From assembly GCA_012026655.1 (NCBI GenBank), contig JAAILG010000612.1, positions 1-64,000 on the forward strand: a DNA stretch of 64,000 nucleotides. Direction: 5' to 3'. Made by a program: the position numbers and the translations under genes. The stretch comes from Hydrolagus affinis. Its lineage: Eukaryota. The stretch's first letter is position 1; every line of letters starts with the position of its first letter. Under the pieces are notes generated by a model, which did no database searches, was not told where the DNA came from, and saw only the letters and a program-made list of their open reading frames with translations. Positions 50,401 to 63,041 of the stretch are shown piece by piece.

Positions 50401-53021
50401 CATATAAATAAAACTACTTTGTGGTGTTTGTCCTGAAATTGTCCTTCAGAATCCTGATATTGTGCTCTGTTGTCTTCCTACTTTTGGGTGTCTGAATGAA
50501 TTCTCTGGGGTGGTCTTTTGCATGAAATCAATGCAACTGTCATTGATACATTGAAAATCATTGCACCCTAGTCCTTGAAGGTAAACCTGGGAAACAAACT
50601 TTTCACAGCAAAGTTAGTTTGCAAATCCTTACTGGATTGGATATAGCCTTAATGTTGTAGAATAGAGACCTTAAATCTGAGACCATGGAATCTGAAGCAT
50701 TCAAAGTATTTTTTTTGTTTAAAACCTTATTAACTAAAATAAGAATTTAGGAATATTTTCAAACATAAAGGCCATTGTGTTGGAATAACAGTTTATGACT
50801 CAGATCCACATTACTCTGACTGTGCCAGGGAAACTGGGAGAATCGCCAAGATATGAAGCAGACATTATACACTACGTCTGAAAACATTCCCGAGTCTCAA
50901 AAAAGAAAATGTACGCTGAACTGACTGTAACAAGTAGATGTTGGTTTATCTTGATAAATACGTTCATCTTATATCTGTTAGTGATAAACTTTTTGAATAA
51001 ATATTAGAAAAATTAGAATCCTAAATCCTTATTCTAACTCCAAACCTCTTGTAGATCTCAATGGATAGCATGCAGAGGCCTTATATTTCTTATGGTCTTC
51101 AGACTAAAGGGCTTTGATTTAAAATTCACTACCATTCGGAATTGTATGTAATGTTTCAATGCAACTGTCATTTGGAAGCTGGTTTTCGTCAGTTTTGCTT
51201 TGTGTGTGTAGAAAACAATGGTTTCTAAACTGTGACCTTAATTTTCAAAACAAAGGATTTTTAAAGCTAAAACTATAGGATTAAGTGGTAACTTTACTCA
51301 GTTGATAACACTCTCCCTTCGAGTTCAACTCTTGCTTTGGGTCTTCCAGCTCATTAGTCTAGGCTAGGCTAACAATCCATTGCTGGGGGAATGCTGCATT
51401 TTCAAAGGTACAGTCCTTCGAAAGAGACTTTAAACTGAGGTCCCATTTGTCTATTCAGGGGACGTTAAAGATCCCATGACATTAGTCGAAAAGAGAAGAA
51501 CGTTTCTCCCATTGTGGCCAACAATCCTACTGATAAAATTGGTCATTTACTCCAACACTTCAAAGGACAAAAGGCTTTTTGAGACGTCTCAGGAAAATGA
51601 TAAGGTCCTCATATCAAAGGCAAGGGTTATCATTGCGAGATATTTCGACCTGCTCCACGCAAACCAGGGATCAAATCTGGGTCTTCATAACTCAGTTTGA
51701 CTCATCACGTATAATGTGATGCGTTCACAAATTGGGCCACTGATAGAAAATGTAATCAGATTCGTATTGCAAATGGAATTGATGTAATGCCTCCCTACAG
51801 TAAATGCACTGCAGAGAATGAGTCAGCGGATCTGTGAGACATATAGGTTGCCTCTGCCAAAGTTTCCACTTCCTAAATACAATCTTAGCACTGTCTTCTT
51901 GGCAATTCCAGGAATGATGAAGGAGGTAGGAAAGTGACACGAGGGTTAATACCTGATTATTATGGAATCCTGTTGGAAAATATTATGGATTACTCCCAGA
52001 AATGGTCTGGATCCTGGATCTGGATCCTGGATGTAGGTAAGTATTTTCCTTGGGAGATAGATAAATTATTTGGTAAATTGAAATTAATGATGAGCTAATG
52101 AAACAGAATCGATAGTTATTTTCTACATTTTCCTGGAATGAAACCTAACTATAACTTACTCTAAAAGCTTTAAGATTTATGCACATATATGCTCACATAT
52201 GAACAGGCGAGCCAGCAATTGTAAGTGTGAGCAAGGTATGAACTAAACAGCACAATAGGTTTAAGGTGGTTTACTTTGAGTTCTGGGACCTGTATTCAAA
52301 GATGGCCAAGAGAGGGAGATAGAGAGACAGTGTGAATGTCTGACAAAATGAAGCATTGTGTGTGTGTTGGAGGTGAGGGGCGGGGGTCTGTAAATAATAT
52401 TCCCACTCTCTTGGGGAGGGGTCGCTGTATGCAATTTGTCACTACATTTTCCAGTGTATCCTGTGAAGCGCTTTGAGATGTCTCGAAGGCGTAATAAGGA
52501 GCCTTATCAAATGCAAGGATTATTATTATTGTACACGACCCTTCATGCACGATAATATATGAACAGAGAGATGCCTGATTTACCTCACCTTTAGACATTA
52601 GCCAATTCCCAGGTCTATTACCGTTAGGTTACATCACAATGTTACTGTAACTGGCACAAGAAGGTACCAACGGATTCTAATTTTCTCAAGAATTTCAGAT
52701 ACAAAAGTTATTCTCTTTGCCTGCACCAGTCCCAGTACACAATGACGAGCTTTGTTTATTGTGTTTGTTTATTTTCTTCCTTCAAGTCAACAAGGTTCAG
52801 AATAGGCAGCTTGCGTAAGACTTTCAGAAACCCTAACAATGATGGGAATTCCCGGAATGTCCAGTGTGAATATCATTGCTTTGCAATTTACATGCGGGTC
52901 TGACAATGCTATCAGAATTCACTGCAAGTCACTTAAAATGCCAAGTCTAAAACAGGCGGGGGCTCCATCTTGAGCACAACAGCTCGCCCTTGTAAGTTCT
53001 CATTCACATTTTGAATGATTA

Positions 53022-53245
53022 TATTATAATAATAAGCCTTGCGTTTGATACAGCGCTTTCCACATCTTATCAATGTCTCAAAGCGCTTCACAGAATATAC
53101 TGTAAAGTGAATTGACTGTATATTTCTGGGTGAAACGCGGCAGTCAATTGCGCACAGCAGTGACCCACAAACAGTCGTGGATTTTTAGAAGACATGAAGA
53201 CATGAAAAGTGCTACATCAAATGCAAGGATATTATTATTATTATC
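53022..53245. mobile_element. Chimeric SINE: minus-strand 3' half fused to a plus-strand tail
   Basis: ataataagccttgcgtttgatacagcgc...cagtcgtggatt|tagaagacatg...aaaagtgctacatcaaatgcaaggatattattatta. Confidence 0.8.
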
Positions 53246-54831
53246 CTATAAAATTGTCAAAAACTAGTCTTACTGTTGTTGTGGTTGTTGATAGCAATTG
53301 TTAACACAAGCACTTTGCTTATATAACAAATACTGCTGAGCATCAAATGGATCAGTAAGTCTAGACATGGTTATGTACTCAAACACCAATCTCAGCTAAA
53401 GTTTATATCGGTGATATTTGTGTAGCAGCCAAGCTCATTTGGAGGCAATATTACTGCTGAGTCAGAAGATTATGGGTTCAAGGTAACACATTAGGACTTT
53501 GAACTCATGATCTGGGCTGATATTTCAACGCAGTTGTGGGAAGTGCTGCATTGTTGAGGTGGTATCCTTCAGGTGAGATATTAAAATTAGACACCTCTCT
53601 CTCTGTTTAAATACCCCAGGGTCCAAATCCCTGCCTTTCCAATCGCCTTGGGAAATCCTCCAGACGTGAATGGCGATAAACAAATGTAATTTTATATTGC
53701 ATTGTTTGGCATATTCAAAAGGAGAAGGGAATTTCGCCCAGTATCCTGGGCAGCAACCCTCAAATAAAATTGGTTATTCACTGTTTTGGAGACATCGTTG
53801 TGTGGGAATTGGCTGTTGCATTTGTCTCAAATTTTTTTTTGTCTACAACAAAATAACAACAAAATTACATTTGTATAGCGCGTTTCACATCAGGGGGAAC
53901 GTCCCAAGGCTCTACATGTTGCAATATACCCTATCAAAGAGCAAGTGCTTTGAGACATTCTCCTGATGTGAAAGGTTCAATATCCAAATGTAAGAACTGT
54001 TGTCATCAGTATACATATTAATTCTCAGTTAGCTCCCACTGCACACTGTAGGTTAGCTGAGTGTGCCATCTGATGGAAGAGAAGAGAGTAGCCGCTCTAT
54101 AGTACCTACATCATTCCTTTTTGAATTGTGGAACAGCATTGACAGTTACAAAGATGATTTTGAACATGGCTACCCTTCTCACCACTCTTCCTGGGTAAAT
54201 GAGGAAATGGCAACTATATACAGTTTTATGAATTATCATCAGTGGTGGCCTGCAAAACGATTGAACGATTAGGATTCTAATTCAGACGGTTTCAGTCAGA
54301 CCCATCTAACAATACTTGTGTTATTTTTACATCCTGGTTTGAATTACTGCATTATGTTACTGTATAACAATCCAATTGTCATTAGACAGTACTACACATC
54401 ATGGTTTCTACCCACGCGAGCATCACATATTCGCTCATTTACACAGCAGGAATGAGAACCTCCTAGGATTCAAAATGTGTAAATTATCAAAGCTGCCATT
54501 TATTTAGAAATGAGAGCGTAACACACTCTACGGCTTTTATGTAGCTCATTTCAGACAAGACAGAACGGGAGACTAAAGAGGCAAATTTATACAACTGATT
54601 TATACTCATTAATCCCACGTGACGAACTAGAGTTGTCTGCATGTAACAGAATTTTTTTTCCAAAGGATGCTTCTATCAGGAGTCACTGTAACTGGATTTT
54701 AATTATTATTGAGGAAATATTTGGCCATGTGCTGTGACAAATTATCACGAGTAATAACTATTACATCAGATACTTCAAATATCTCCCTTCTTCCAAATTC
54801 ATAAAATTTACACGTTGAGTCCTGTAGCTGT

Positions 54832-55134
54832 GGAGTCCTGTAGCTGAGTGGTTAGAGCACTCGCCTTACAAGCGAGAGACCTGGGTTAAATTCCCAGCAG
54901 GTCAGGGTGAAACCTTGAGCAAGTTTCCTTACTCCACAAGCCTAATAATAATCCCTCAAAAACAAACAATAATAAATTGGTCACTTCAATCCACTCCTGT
55001 TTGTGGGACACTGCTGTGTGCTATTGGCTGCCGCGTTTTGCTTAATTCACTTTATGGCATATTCTGTGAATTGTTTTGAGACATCTAGAAGTCGTGAAAA
55101 GCGCTATATCAAATGAAAAGATTATTATTATTAT
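54832..55134 (+). mobile_element. Full-length tRNA-derived SINE (dominant family, L2-like tail, (TTA)n end)
   Basis: Head GGAGTCCTGTAGCTGAGTGGTTAGAGCACTCGCCTTACAAGCGAGAGACCTGGGTTAAATTCCCAG (A and B boxes), body ...tgtttgtgggacactgctgtg..., tail gtgaaaagcgctatatcaaatg...attattatta. Confidence 0.92.
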
Positions 55135-55850
55135 AAAGAAATGGATTTTCCGTTATTTGGGGGAAAGTAATGACTGGATAATGACAGGAGGAATATCAGA
55201 AAGCCAACTGTAGGGACATTAATCGGATTAAAGATAGGAGCTACAATGTTCCTCTTCAGGACACACATACTAAAATCAGTTACCAAAATGTGGAAAAGAG
55301 CAATTAAGGCTGTTAATTGCTGCTGGAAGCCAATTTATGCGAGTATCCTGCAATTTACCATTCAAAGCAAAGTCTGAGCCACAGCACACACACAGGCATC
55401 TTTACATATGGTCTGAACAAGCAGTGATTGGTCATGTGCTCCCAGGCTACTGGTTTATTGAAGAGCATTCAAGTTCTGATTATTGGAGTGGTATTTGCTG
55501 CTGTTATTTCGTCAAAGGGATAAAGATCGTAAAGGAGACAAGAGACAATTGGCAGAGGACTTGACCCATGTGAGACCATAACCTCTGGTTAGTAGCTTTC
55601 TTTCACCTTAGAGCAGTCTCAGTGAAGAGGCTATGTTGGGTCTCAAATTCACATGGTTTTGCGATTGCTATGATTAAAAACAAAATAAGCCCAAAAGAGA
55701 AAATAGAAACCCACCCACACATGACAGGCATTGTTTTTCTAAGACAAAACATTAGGGTGTTTATAAAAGCAGAATCATATCTCCCTTCACGGGGATTTCA
55801 ATGGAGAAATCAAGAAGATGCTTGCAAAAAATCCCCAGACACACCCCATT

Positions 55851-56146
55851 AGAGTACTGTAGCTCAGTGGTTAGAGCACTCGCCTTACAAGAGAGACCCG
55901 GGTTCAATTCCAGGCAGTGCGAAACATTGAGCAAGTTTCTTTACTCCATAGGCCTAATAATAATCTCAAAAAAAATAACAAATTGGTCACTTCAATCCAC
56001 GATTAGTTTGTGGGACACTGCTGTGCGCAATTGGTTGCAATGTTTCGCCCACAAATATACAGTCAATTCACTTTACTGTCGAGCGCTTTGAGATGTCTAG
56101 AAGATGTGAAAAGCGCTATGTCAAATGCAAGGATTATTATTATTAT
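55851..56146 (+). mobile_element. tRNA-derived SINE, full length
   Basis: Same head, body and tail as the 54832 copy. Confidence 0.92.
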
Positions 56147-57223
56147 ACAAAACTAAACCGAGGGCAGCAAAATTACGGCCGGAGCAGAGATAAACTGGCT
56201 GGAAAGAATATTGCCACAATCGAGCAATATCGCAGAGATCTGCCCTGACTGTCAATCCGCTGGAACAGCACCACGAGGATTGTTCATTCTTGAGCTAATT
56301 TTCTATGCCTAACCAGATGTTAAGCCAAAGCTTGCACACAGGAAACCAACATAACATGACACACTGAATCTGAGACATTCTTGAGCCTCTCTAATGCACT
56401 GCAAATGCACTGTTCCTTTCTTTAGGCGTAAGTAGATTTCAAGTAGCATCTGCTGCGGTGGGGATTGTTGGATACAAACGTTCTTGGCTCCACCGTTCAG
56501 CAACTCAAAATAAATTTCTGGGTGGTTGCTAAGACATCTGTCCTTGTTGCTTGCAAACTTGATATGGAGAAAAGAATACAGTACTTTGTCATAGAACACT
56601 ACCAATTATGAACACAAGGTGGCAGTATATTAACCATAAATAAACTATGAGTTGTGATTTGAACATGTCAGGCAATTGTACAGCACTGTGGGAGAGAGAC
56701 TGACTGGGTTTTTGGAATGATAGTTATTTCACTATGACAAATGATAGTCATTATGTGGGATATCAGTTACTCAATAACACACCAATTTCAGCAGGATTGT
56801 TTTGTCTGAAACCGGGTAGTTTCACAAGTGGGTGGCAAAATTGGACCAGTTCTGGGAAATGGCTGAGATACATAAAAGTATTTTCTGTAGTGTGCAAACT
56901 TTGTGTTAATCGGTTATCTATGGACCCTAAGAACTCAAAATAATTTCTGCGGCTCAGCGGATGGAATCGGACTCAGAAAACGTTGCATCAGTAACCAATG
57001 ACACAATCAGCGCGCAGGAAATTACAATGGTGCAAATGTACACCAAGACAGTGATATTACAGCAACATTAAACAGATATATAATGTCACAAAAAACATGG
57101 AATTAAACAACTTGAAATGCAATGGCTACTCAAATATAATACGTAAGAATTGTATTACAATTCAAATACAATTGTAAATGCAACTCACATTTGCAATATT
57201 ATTACACTTACGTCACTCCTCAA

Positions 57224-57858
57224 ACTTGTACATTGATAAATGTAGTAGTCACATAAATGTTTTCTACCAGCAATGAATTAAAGATGTTATTTATTTACAC
57301 CATTATGTATCGCAGTGTTCTTTTATGTTTTTTTAAAGTATTAATTATTCTTTAAAATGTTTATGAACTAAAAACTAGTTCTACTGAATTCTCTGTAATG
57401 TGTTACTGGGAGCCTGGATTCATATTTATCATTGCAAATACTCATTAAAAAAAAAATTGCGTGCTATTTTGCCAATCTGCTACGACAATCTGCATAGCAA
57501 TGGCAGCTCTCTATGCTGAAATGCCAATATTCTCTTCCTTCAGATCCCAATCTATGATTTGAAACTGGTGTCTCAGTTACAGCAGAGGGCATATTTCTCA
57601 GTGGAGGCCACAGGGCTGATTTGTCCAACTAATGTATTGCAGCAACTTGACACTAACAGCAGGTGCATCCTATGATGTCCAGTCAGCAATTTGCTCCTAA
57701 GCAGACCTTCCAGCCCTATGCTGTAGTTTAGGTCTGGGTGCCAAATATAGCCTCTCTCCATTTAAATGTTTCCTCTGCAATTGAAAAATTTGAATATGTT
57801 TCATCGCAATTTGGATGTACTGTATTTATGTGACTACTACATTTATCAAAGTACAAGT
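57224..57858. mobile_element. MITE-like non-autonomous DNA transposon with 35-bp terminal inverted repeats
   Basis: ACTTGTACATTGATAAATGTAGTAGTCACATAAAT (57224-57258) versus ATTTATGTGACTACTACATTTATCAAAGTACAAGT (57824-57858): 34/35 complementary. No coding capacity between the arms. Confidence 0.75.
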
Positions 57859-59226
57859 GATAAACTGATCAACACTTTGGACCATGATCTGCTCGGAAAT
57901 TAGCAGAGTGCTTAAGTGAGGTGAATACTGTACATTGTGTAATATTTTCTATTGGACAGGATTAGGAAACCCACTTTAGGACTTTGACCTCACAACCACA
58001 ACAAAATTAACTTTGTAAAGCGCCTGTTACGTTGGCAGGACATCCCAAGTCGCTGGGACATCCCAAGGTCCAAGTTAGTACTCCTGTTCAGGTGGACGTC
58101 AATGATCCCGTGGCTCCACAATCCCCTGGATTAAACTGGTCAAACTCACTTCCTTGTTGTTTGTTAGGCATCACTCTAGGGTAAATGGGTGGCTCATAGT
58201 GTGTAGTCACTTCACACCACCATTCACTTTGCAGGAACTCCTGTGAAGGCTTTGGGATGCGACTTGAAAGAGCTAGAAAATCACAAGAGGAAAAGTTTCT
58301 TCTTCAGATGTTCATTTGGATTTTCTCAATCCAGCAACCACAGTGAATTTGAATTTAAGGGTACAGTACTATTAAATTTGTGCTTCATTTTTTTTCCATA
58401 TCCACTTAGAAAGGACATACAGGCCATTTTCTGTGCCAGTGATTATCACTCCACACTAGCTCCGCTAATCAACCTCTTTCAACCCTCTCTATTACATCTT
58501 CCTGCCTGTATGTAAAAATACGTTATTGCTTTTGGCTTCAACCACAGTTTCCTTCAGTGAATTCCACATTCTCATCTCTCTGTGGAAAGAAGTTCCTCCT
58601 AAACTTCCTACTGGTTCTCATATTGATGCCCTCTTGTTCTGAACCCACTGATAACTGATCATTCTTGTAAATAGTAACGTAACTTAATATTTCAGGCATA
58701 AAATATCACAAACATCAACTGCAGTGTGTGGAGGGAAACAGCCATCGAAACGTGTTTTGTTATTGGAAATAAAGCTGGCCTCAGGATAACACTATATTGC
58801 AATAGTTCTGAGAATTGTCTCAGATGTTTGTGACTGAGATCTTATGTGAGGAAAGTTTGGCTACCAGACCGAATCTTGACACAAATGGTTTTATTTCTGT
58901 AAGATGCTGTGAGATGTATTAACTAATAAGGCTGTAGCAAATACACATTATTTATATCTCCAGTGCAGTGCTGGGATGTGCTTTAGTGTTGGAGGCGACA
59001 TCCTTCAGATGAAATGTTGAACTGTCTCTTCAGGTGGAGATAAATGGTCCCATAGCTCTATGGTATTACAGAAGAGAAGGGAATTTCTCTTGGTGTCTTA
59101 TTTAACAATCCCACAAATTAGTCATTCACTTTGTATCTGTTTTGTGGGACAAATTCACTGTGTACCAAGTGAATGCTGTATTTGCCAACAAAACACACAG
59201 CCATTATGCTCTATGATGCTGCATCT

Positions 59227-59435
59227 GGAGTCCTGCAGCTCAGTGGTTAGAGCACTTGCCTTGCAAACGAATGATCTGGGTTCGATCGCAGACAGGGCAA
59301 AACCTTACTCCGCACGCCTGACAATAATCCCTCGAAAAAAAGCAATGCTAAATTGGTCACTTCGATCCACGACCGTTTGTGGGACACTGCTGTGTGCAAT
59401 CGGCTGCCATTGGCTTTACAGTATATTCTGTATAT
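59227..59435 (+). mobile_element. tRNA-derived SINE, 3'-deleted, adjoining an older Deu-type SINE
   Basis: ggagtcctgcagctcagtggttagagcacttgccttgcaa...gggacactgctgtgtgcaatcggctgcc. Confidence 0.85.
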
Positions 59436-60077
59436 ATTCTTGGACGGACGGACAGATAGATACAGATCAGATTCATGAGAGTTTTACCCAATAAAATGGA
59501 AGTATTATTATGATGATTTATCATCTTTTAACTTGAATCATGAGACTGGGACACTCATGTGCGTTTCTAGGGTACTGCTGCTGTATTACCAGCTGTGGGT
59601 GTGTGTTTATGTGTAACCAGCTCAAGGTCAGACAGATACTGAGGTACATTTGCAGCCTGTCAGTATCAGTGCTGTGATGTGGAGCTGAGGGAGGGAGGGA
59701 GAGAGAGAAAGAGAGACAGAATAATTTTAAGGAGTGGTATGATTGACATGCCTGAGGCTGGGCTGTGCCTGGGTAGAGCCTTTCTTGGGTGACGTTTGGA
59801 GGTTGGGCACTGACACACAGTGTGTTCAGGAAGGCAATAGCAGCAGCAGCAGCAAACAGCGGTAACTGTGTGACAGGCAGCCACAGAGACTGTGACACAA
59901 GGAACAGCAGCAATAACAGGAACAACAGCCCCAGCTCTCCCAGCCTCACCCACCCTCTAGGCTTGGGCAGGAGTGGAGGGGAGATTATCTACTGTATTGA
60001 TTCCCAGTAAGTTATTCCCACAATCTGGCTCTGTCGAGGTGTTCATTATTGTCCAGGTGCTGCTGTGGCTCCTGATA

Positions 60078-60190
60078 CCCTCTTTCCTCTCCTCCTTCCC
60101 TCCCTCCCTCTCCCTCTCCTCTCCTCCTTCCCTCCCTCCCTCTCCCTCTCCTCTCCTCCTTCCCTCCCTCCCTCTCCCTCTTCGCCCCCT
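60078..60190. repeat. Polypyrimidine (CCT/CTCC)-rich low-complexity tract
   Basis: About 110 nt of nearly pure C/T on the plus strand. Confidence 0.95.
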
Positions 60191-60293
60191 GATTGTGAAA
60201 GATTAACCTCCCAAGTTTCTTAATCCATCAGGTTTCCTGCGGATGTTTTGTTTTAAGTACTTTTAAAAATGTATGCAGCGAGTTGTATATATA

Positions 60294-60460
60294 CTGTCTG
60301 TGTGTGTATATCTGTGTGTGTGTATGTCTATGTGTGTGTGTGTAAGTCTGTGTGTGTGTGTATATCTTTCCTGTGTGTGTGTATATCTCTCTGTATGTGT
60401 GTGTATGCCTGTGTGTGTGTGTGTCTGTGTGTGTATGTGTGAATGTCTGCATCTGTGTGT
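60294..60460. repeat. Imperfect (TG)n microsatellite
   Basis: Seen directly in the sequence. Confidence 0.95.
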
Positions 60461-60539
60461 AACTTGTTTCTTGTTAAGGGTGTTTGCAGGTTTCTCCAGT
60501 CTGTTGGGTGGGTAATTGAATCAATTTTATTACAGTACT

Positions 60540-61518
60540 ATTCTACTTACGATCTATATCAATTATCTAAACGAGGACATAGAACTTAAAATATCTAAAT
60601 TCTCGGATGATACAAAGCTAGGTGGGAGAGTAAGCTCCAAGGATGCCACAAAAACAATGCAACAGGATATAGATAGGCTGGGTAAGTGGGCAAGAAGGTG
60701 GCAGATGGAATATAATGTGGGGAAGTGTGAAGTTATTCACCTAGGTAGTAAAAACAGAAAAGCGGATTATTTTCTAGAGGAGGCGAAACTAGATAGTGTT
60801 AGTGTTCGGAGTGATTTGGGTGTCCCTGTACACCAGTCGCAAAAGGTTAGTATGCTGGTACAGCAAGCAACTAGGAAGGCTAATGGTATGTTGGTGTTCA
60901 TTGCAAAAGGGTTAGAATACAAGAGTAGGGAAGTCTTGCTGCAACTGTTTAGGGCCTTGGTGTGACCACATCTAGAATATTGTGTGCAGTTTTGGTCTCC
61001 TTATTTAAGAAAAAGGTGCTCACCTTAGAGACGGTGCAGCGTAGATTCACTAAATTGGTTCCTGGGATGAGGAGGTTGACCTATGAGGATAGGTTGAGTA
61101 AACTCTTATACTCTAGAATATAAAGGAATTAGAGGTGATCTTATAGAAATCTATAAGAATCTTCAGGGCCACGACAGAGTAGACAGTGGGAGACTGTTTC
61201 CCCCGGTTGGAGAAACTATAACTAAGGGTCACAGTTTTAAGATTAAGGTCAGCCCTTTCGCACAGAGTTGAAGAAACACTTCTTTGCTCAGAGGGTAGTA
61301 AATTTATGGAATTCTCTAACCCAAACGGCTGTAGATGCTCAGTCCTTGAACATATTCAAGACTGAGATTGATAAAAATTTCTGATGATTAGAGGGATTAA
61401 GGGATATGGGGATAAGGCGGGCAGATGGAGTTAAATTAGAAGATCAGCTATGATCTTATTGAATGGTAGGGCACACTTAAGGGGCCGAATGGCCTACTGC
61501 TGCTTCCTATGTTCCTAA
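60540..61518 (+). mobile_element. CR1-type LINE, 5'-truncated (ORF2 reverse transcriptase C-terminal part plus 3' UTR)
   Basis: Translates IYINYLNEDIELKISKFSDDTKLGG (FADD motif)...WQMEYNVGKCEVIHLG...LFRALV*PHLEYCVQFWSP...RVVNLWNSL, with a stop at 60963 and frameshifts. Ends ggccgaatggcctactgctgcttcctatgttcct. Confidence 0.95.
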
Positions 61519-62433
61519 ATTGGATGAGGTTTGTGTAAGTAACATAATACAGTATAATAATAAGAATCATTGCATTTGATATAGACAGATGTCTAGTAAT
61601 AGCTCTTAATGTAATATCTCGCTTCATCTCTTCGATTCAGTGCGACTTACGATGTTTGCAGGCGCTTGTATTTGTATTTGATACAAAAAAATAACAAAAG
61701 GCAAAGGGAGAAACATTGGGTACACACCATTGTTTCAATTGTATGTCAGTGAGTTAGTTCATTGTGAGTTAATCTTGAAATACTTTGGACGGGTGATCGA
61801 TGGCTACACAAAGATATCTTGCAATTTTTTTTGAAACAGAAAGAGATTGTATTCGCAATTGTATTGTACTGTAAACAGTTGGGTAATTGTATACTCCTGC
61901 ATGTTATTATCTTTCCTCCTTGCGAACCCTCTGTATGAAAGGAACCTGGTGAAATAATCCATAGACTGGTCAGGTTGCCTCGATCGTCTGTTTATTTTTT
62001 GTCACTTCCTAGTATGAAGTCATTCCAGTGCTCCCTTAAAAAAACAGTTTGAGCTTCTGAAACTAAAGTGTTGTTCACTCTAGTTTCGTTTCAGCAGCAG
62101 TCAATCAGCCATCTCAAGCTCTCAAGGAGCAGGCATTGAGAAGAGGTTAAGATAAAATAACTTGAGGTTATTTTTGTTTCGGGGTAATTTTCTAACAAGT
62201 TTTCTGTGGATGGAAAGGTAATGAATTTTATATTTTCCGAGTGGAAGCATTGAGAGCACTTTTAAAGTTTGGCTTATTTGATATATCAACGCGAAGCCCA
62301 TTCGACATTATTAGGTTCTGTATAGAGTATTAAGAACATCTTAATTTCACTTAACAGAAGTTGTACTGAGCTTGAAATTGAATGATGGCTCACAATGTAC
62401 ACAGTAACAGACATCATATGTTTCCGTACATCA

Positions 62434-62735
62434 CTCGCAAGGCGAGTGCTCTAACCACTGAGTCCTGTAGTCCTGGGTTTGATTCCCGGTAGAGAGAAAT
62501 GTTGGGCAAGTTTCCTTATTCCACTCGCCTGATAATAATCCTTCCACAAAAAAAATACTAATTTGGTCACTCAATCCATGACTGTTTGTGGGACACTCCC
62601 GTGCACAATTGGCTGCCGCGTTTAGCCTTTAAACATACAGTCACCACACTTTATAGTATATTCTATAAAGCGCTTTGAGACATCTAGAAGACGTGAAAAG
62701 TGCTATATCAAATGCAAGGATTATTATGATTATGA
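62434..62735 (+). mobile_element. tRNA-derived SINE with a rearranged (inverted) head
   Basis: Body and tail match the family; 62434-62462 is the reverse complement of the A-box/anticodon segment. Confidence 0.85.
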
Positions 62736-63041
62736 TCATGTGTGCAGACATGCACTTATCAACTCTTTTTAAAAAAAATCAATTGTATTTGTACTCACTT
62801 CCACAGAGACTATGGAGCACTGACAGTGAGCTATACAGATGCTTCTCTACACACTCCATAAACCTTCCCACTCCATCTTCTCCTGTCAGGAGATGTCCAC
62901 CTAACAGCCAACACCAAACTTGCAGTTTGAGTAAAGGAGGTTTCTGTGGCTCCAAAATGTTTCAATGGCCCACCAGTATTCACTACCGATTGTTTACATC
63001 TGATTAAGAGGCATGATGTGTGAGAAACCATAGGTCTGTAT

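Noticed and set aside
54832-54910. tRNA-Val/Ala gene calls at SINE heads
   Set aside because: Each head continues into a SINE body and tail, the acceptor stem is incomplete, and the copies are diverged.
59521-59949. Minus ORF with a signal-peptide-like start (LGLLFLLLLLFLVSQS)
   Set aside because: It starts at GTG, the hydrophobicity comes from CTG/TTG low-complexity repeats, and no domain is recognisable.
60228-60515. HT-rich and CV-rich ORFs
   Set aside because: They are translations of the (TG)n microsatellite.
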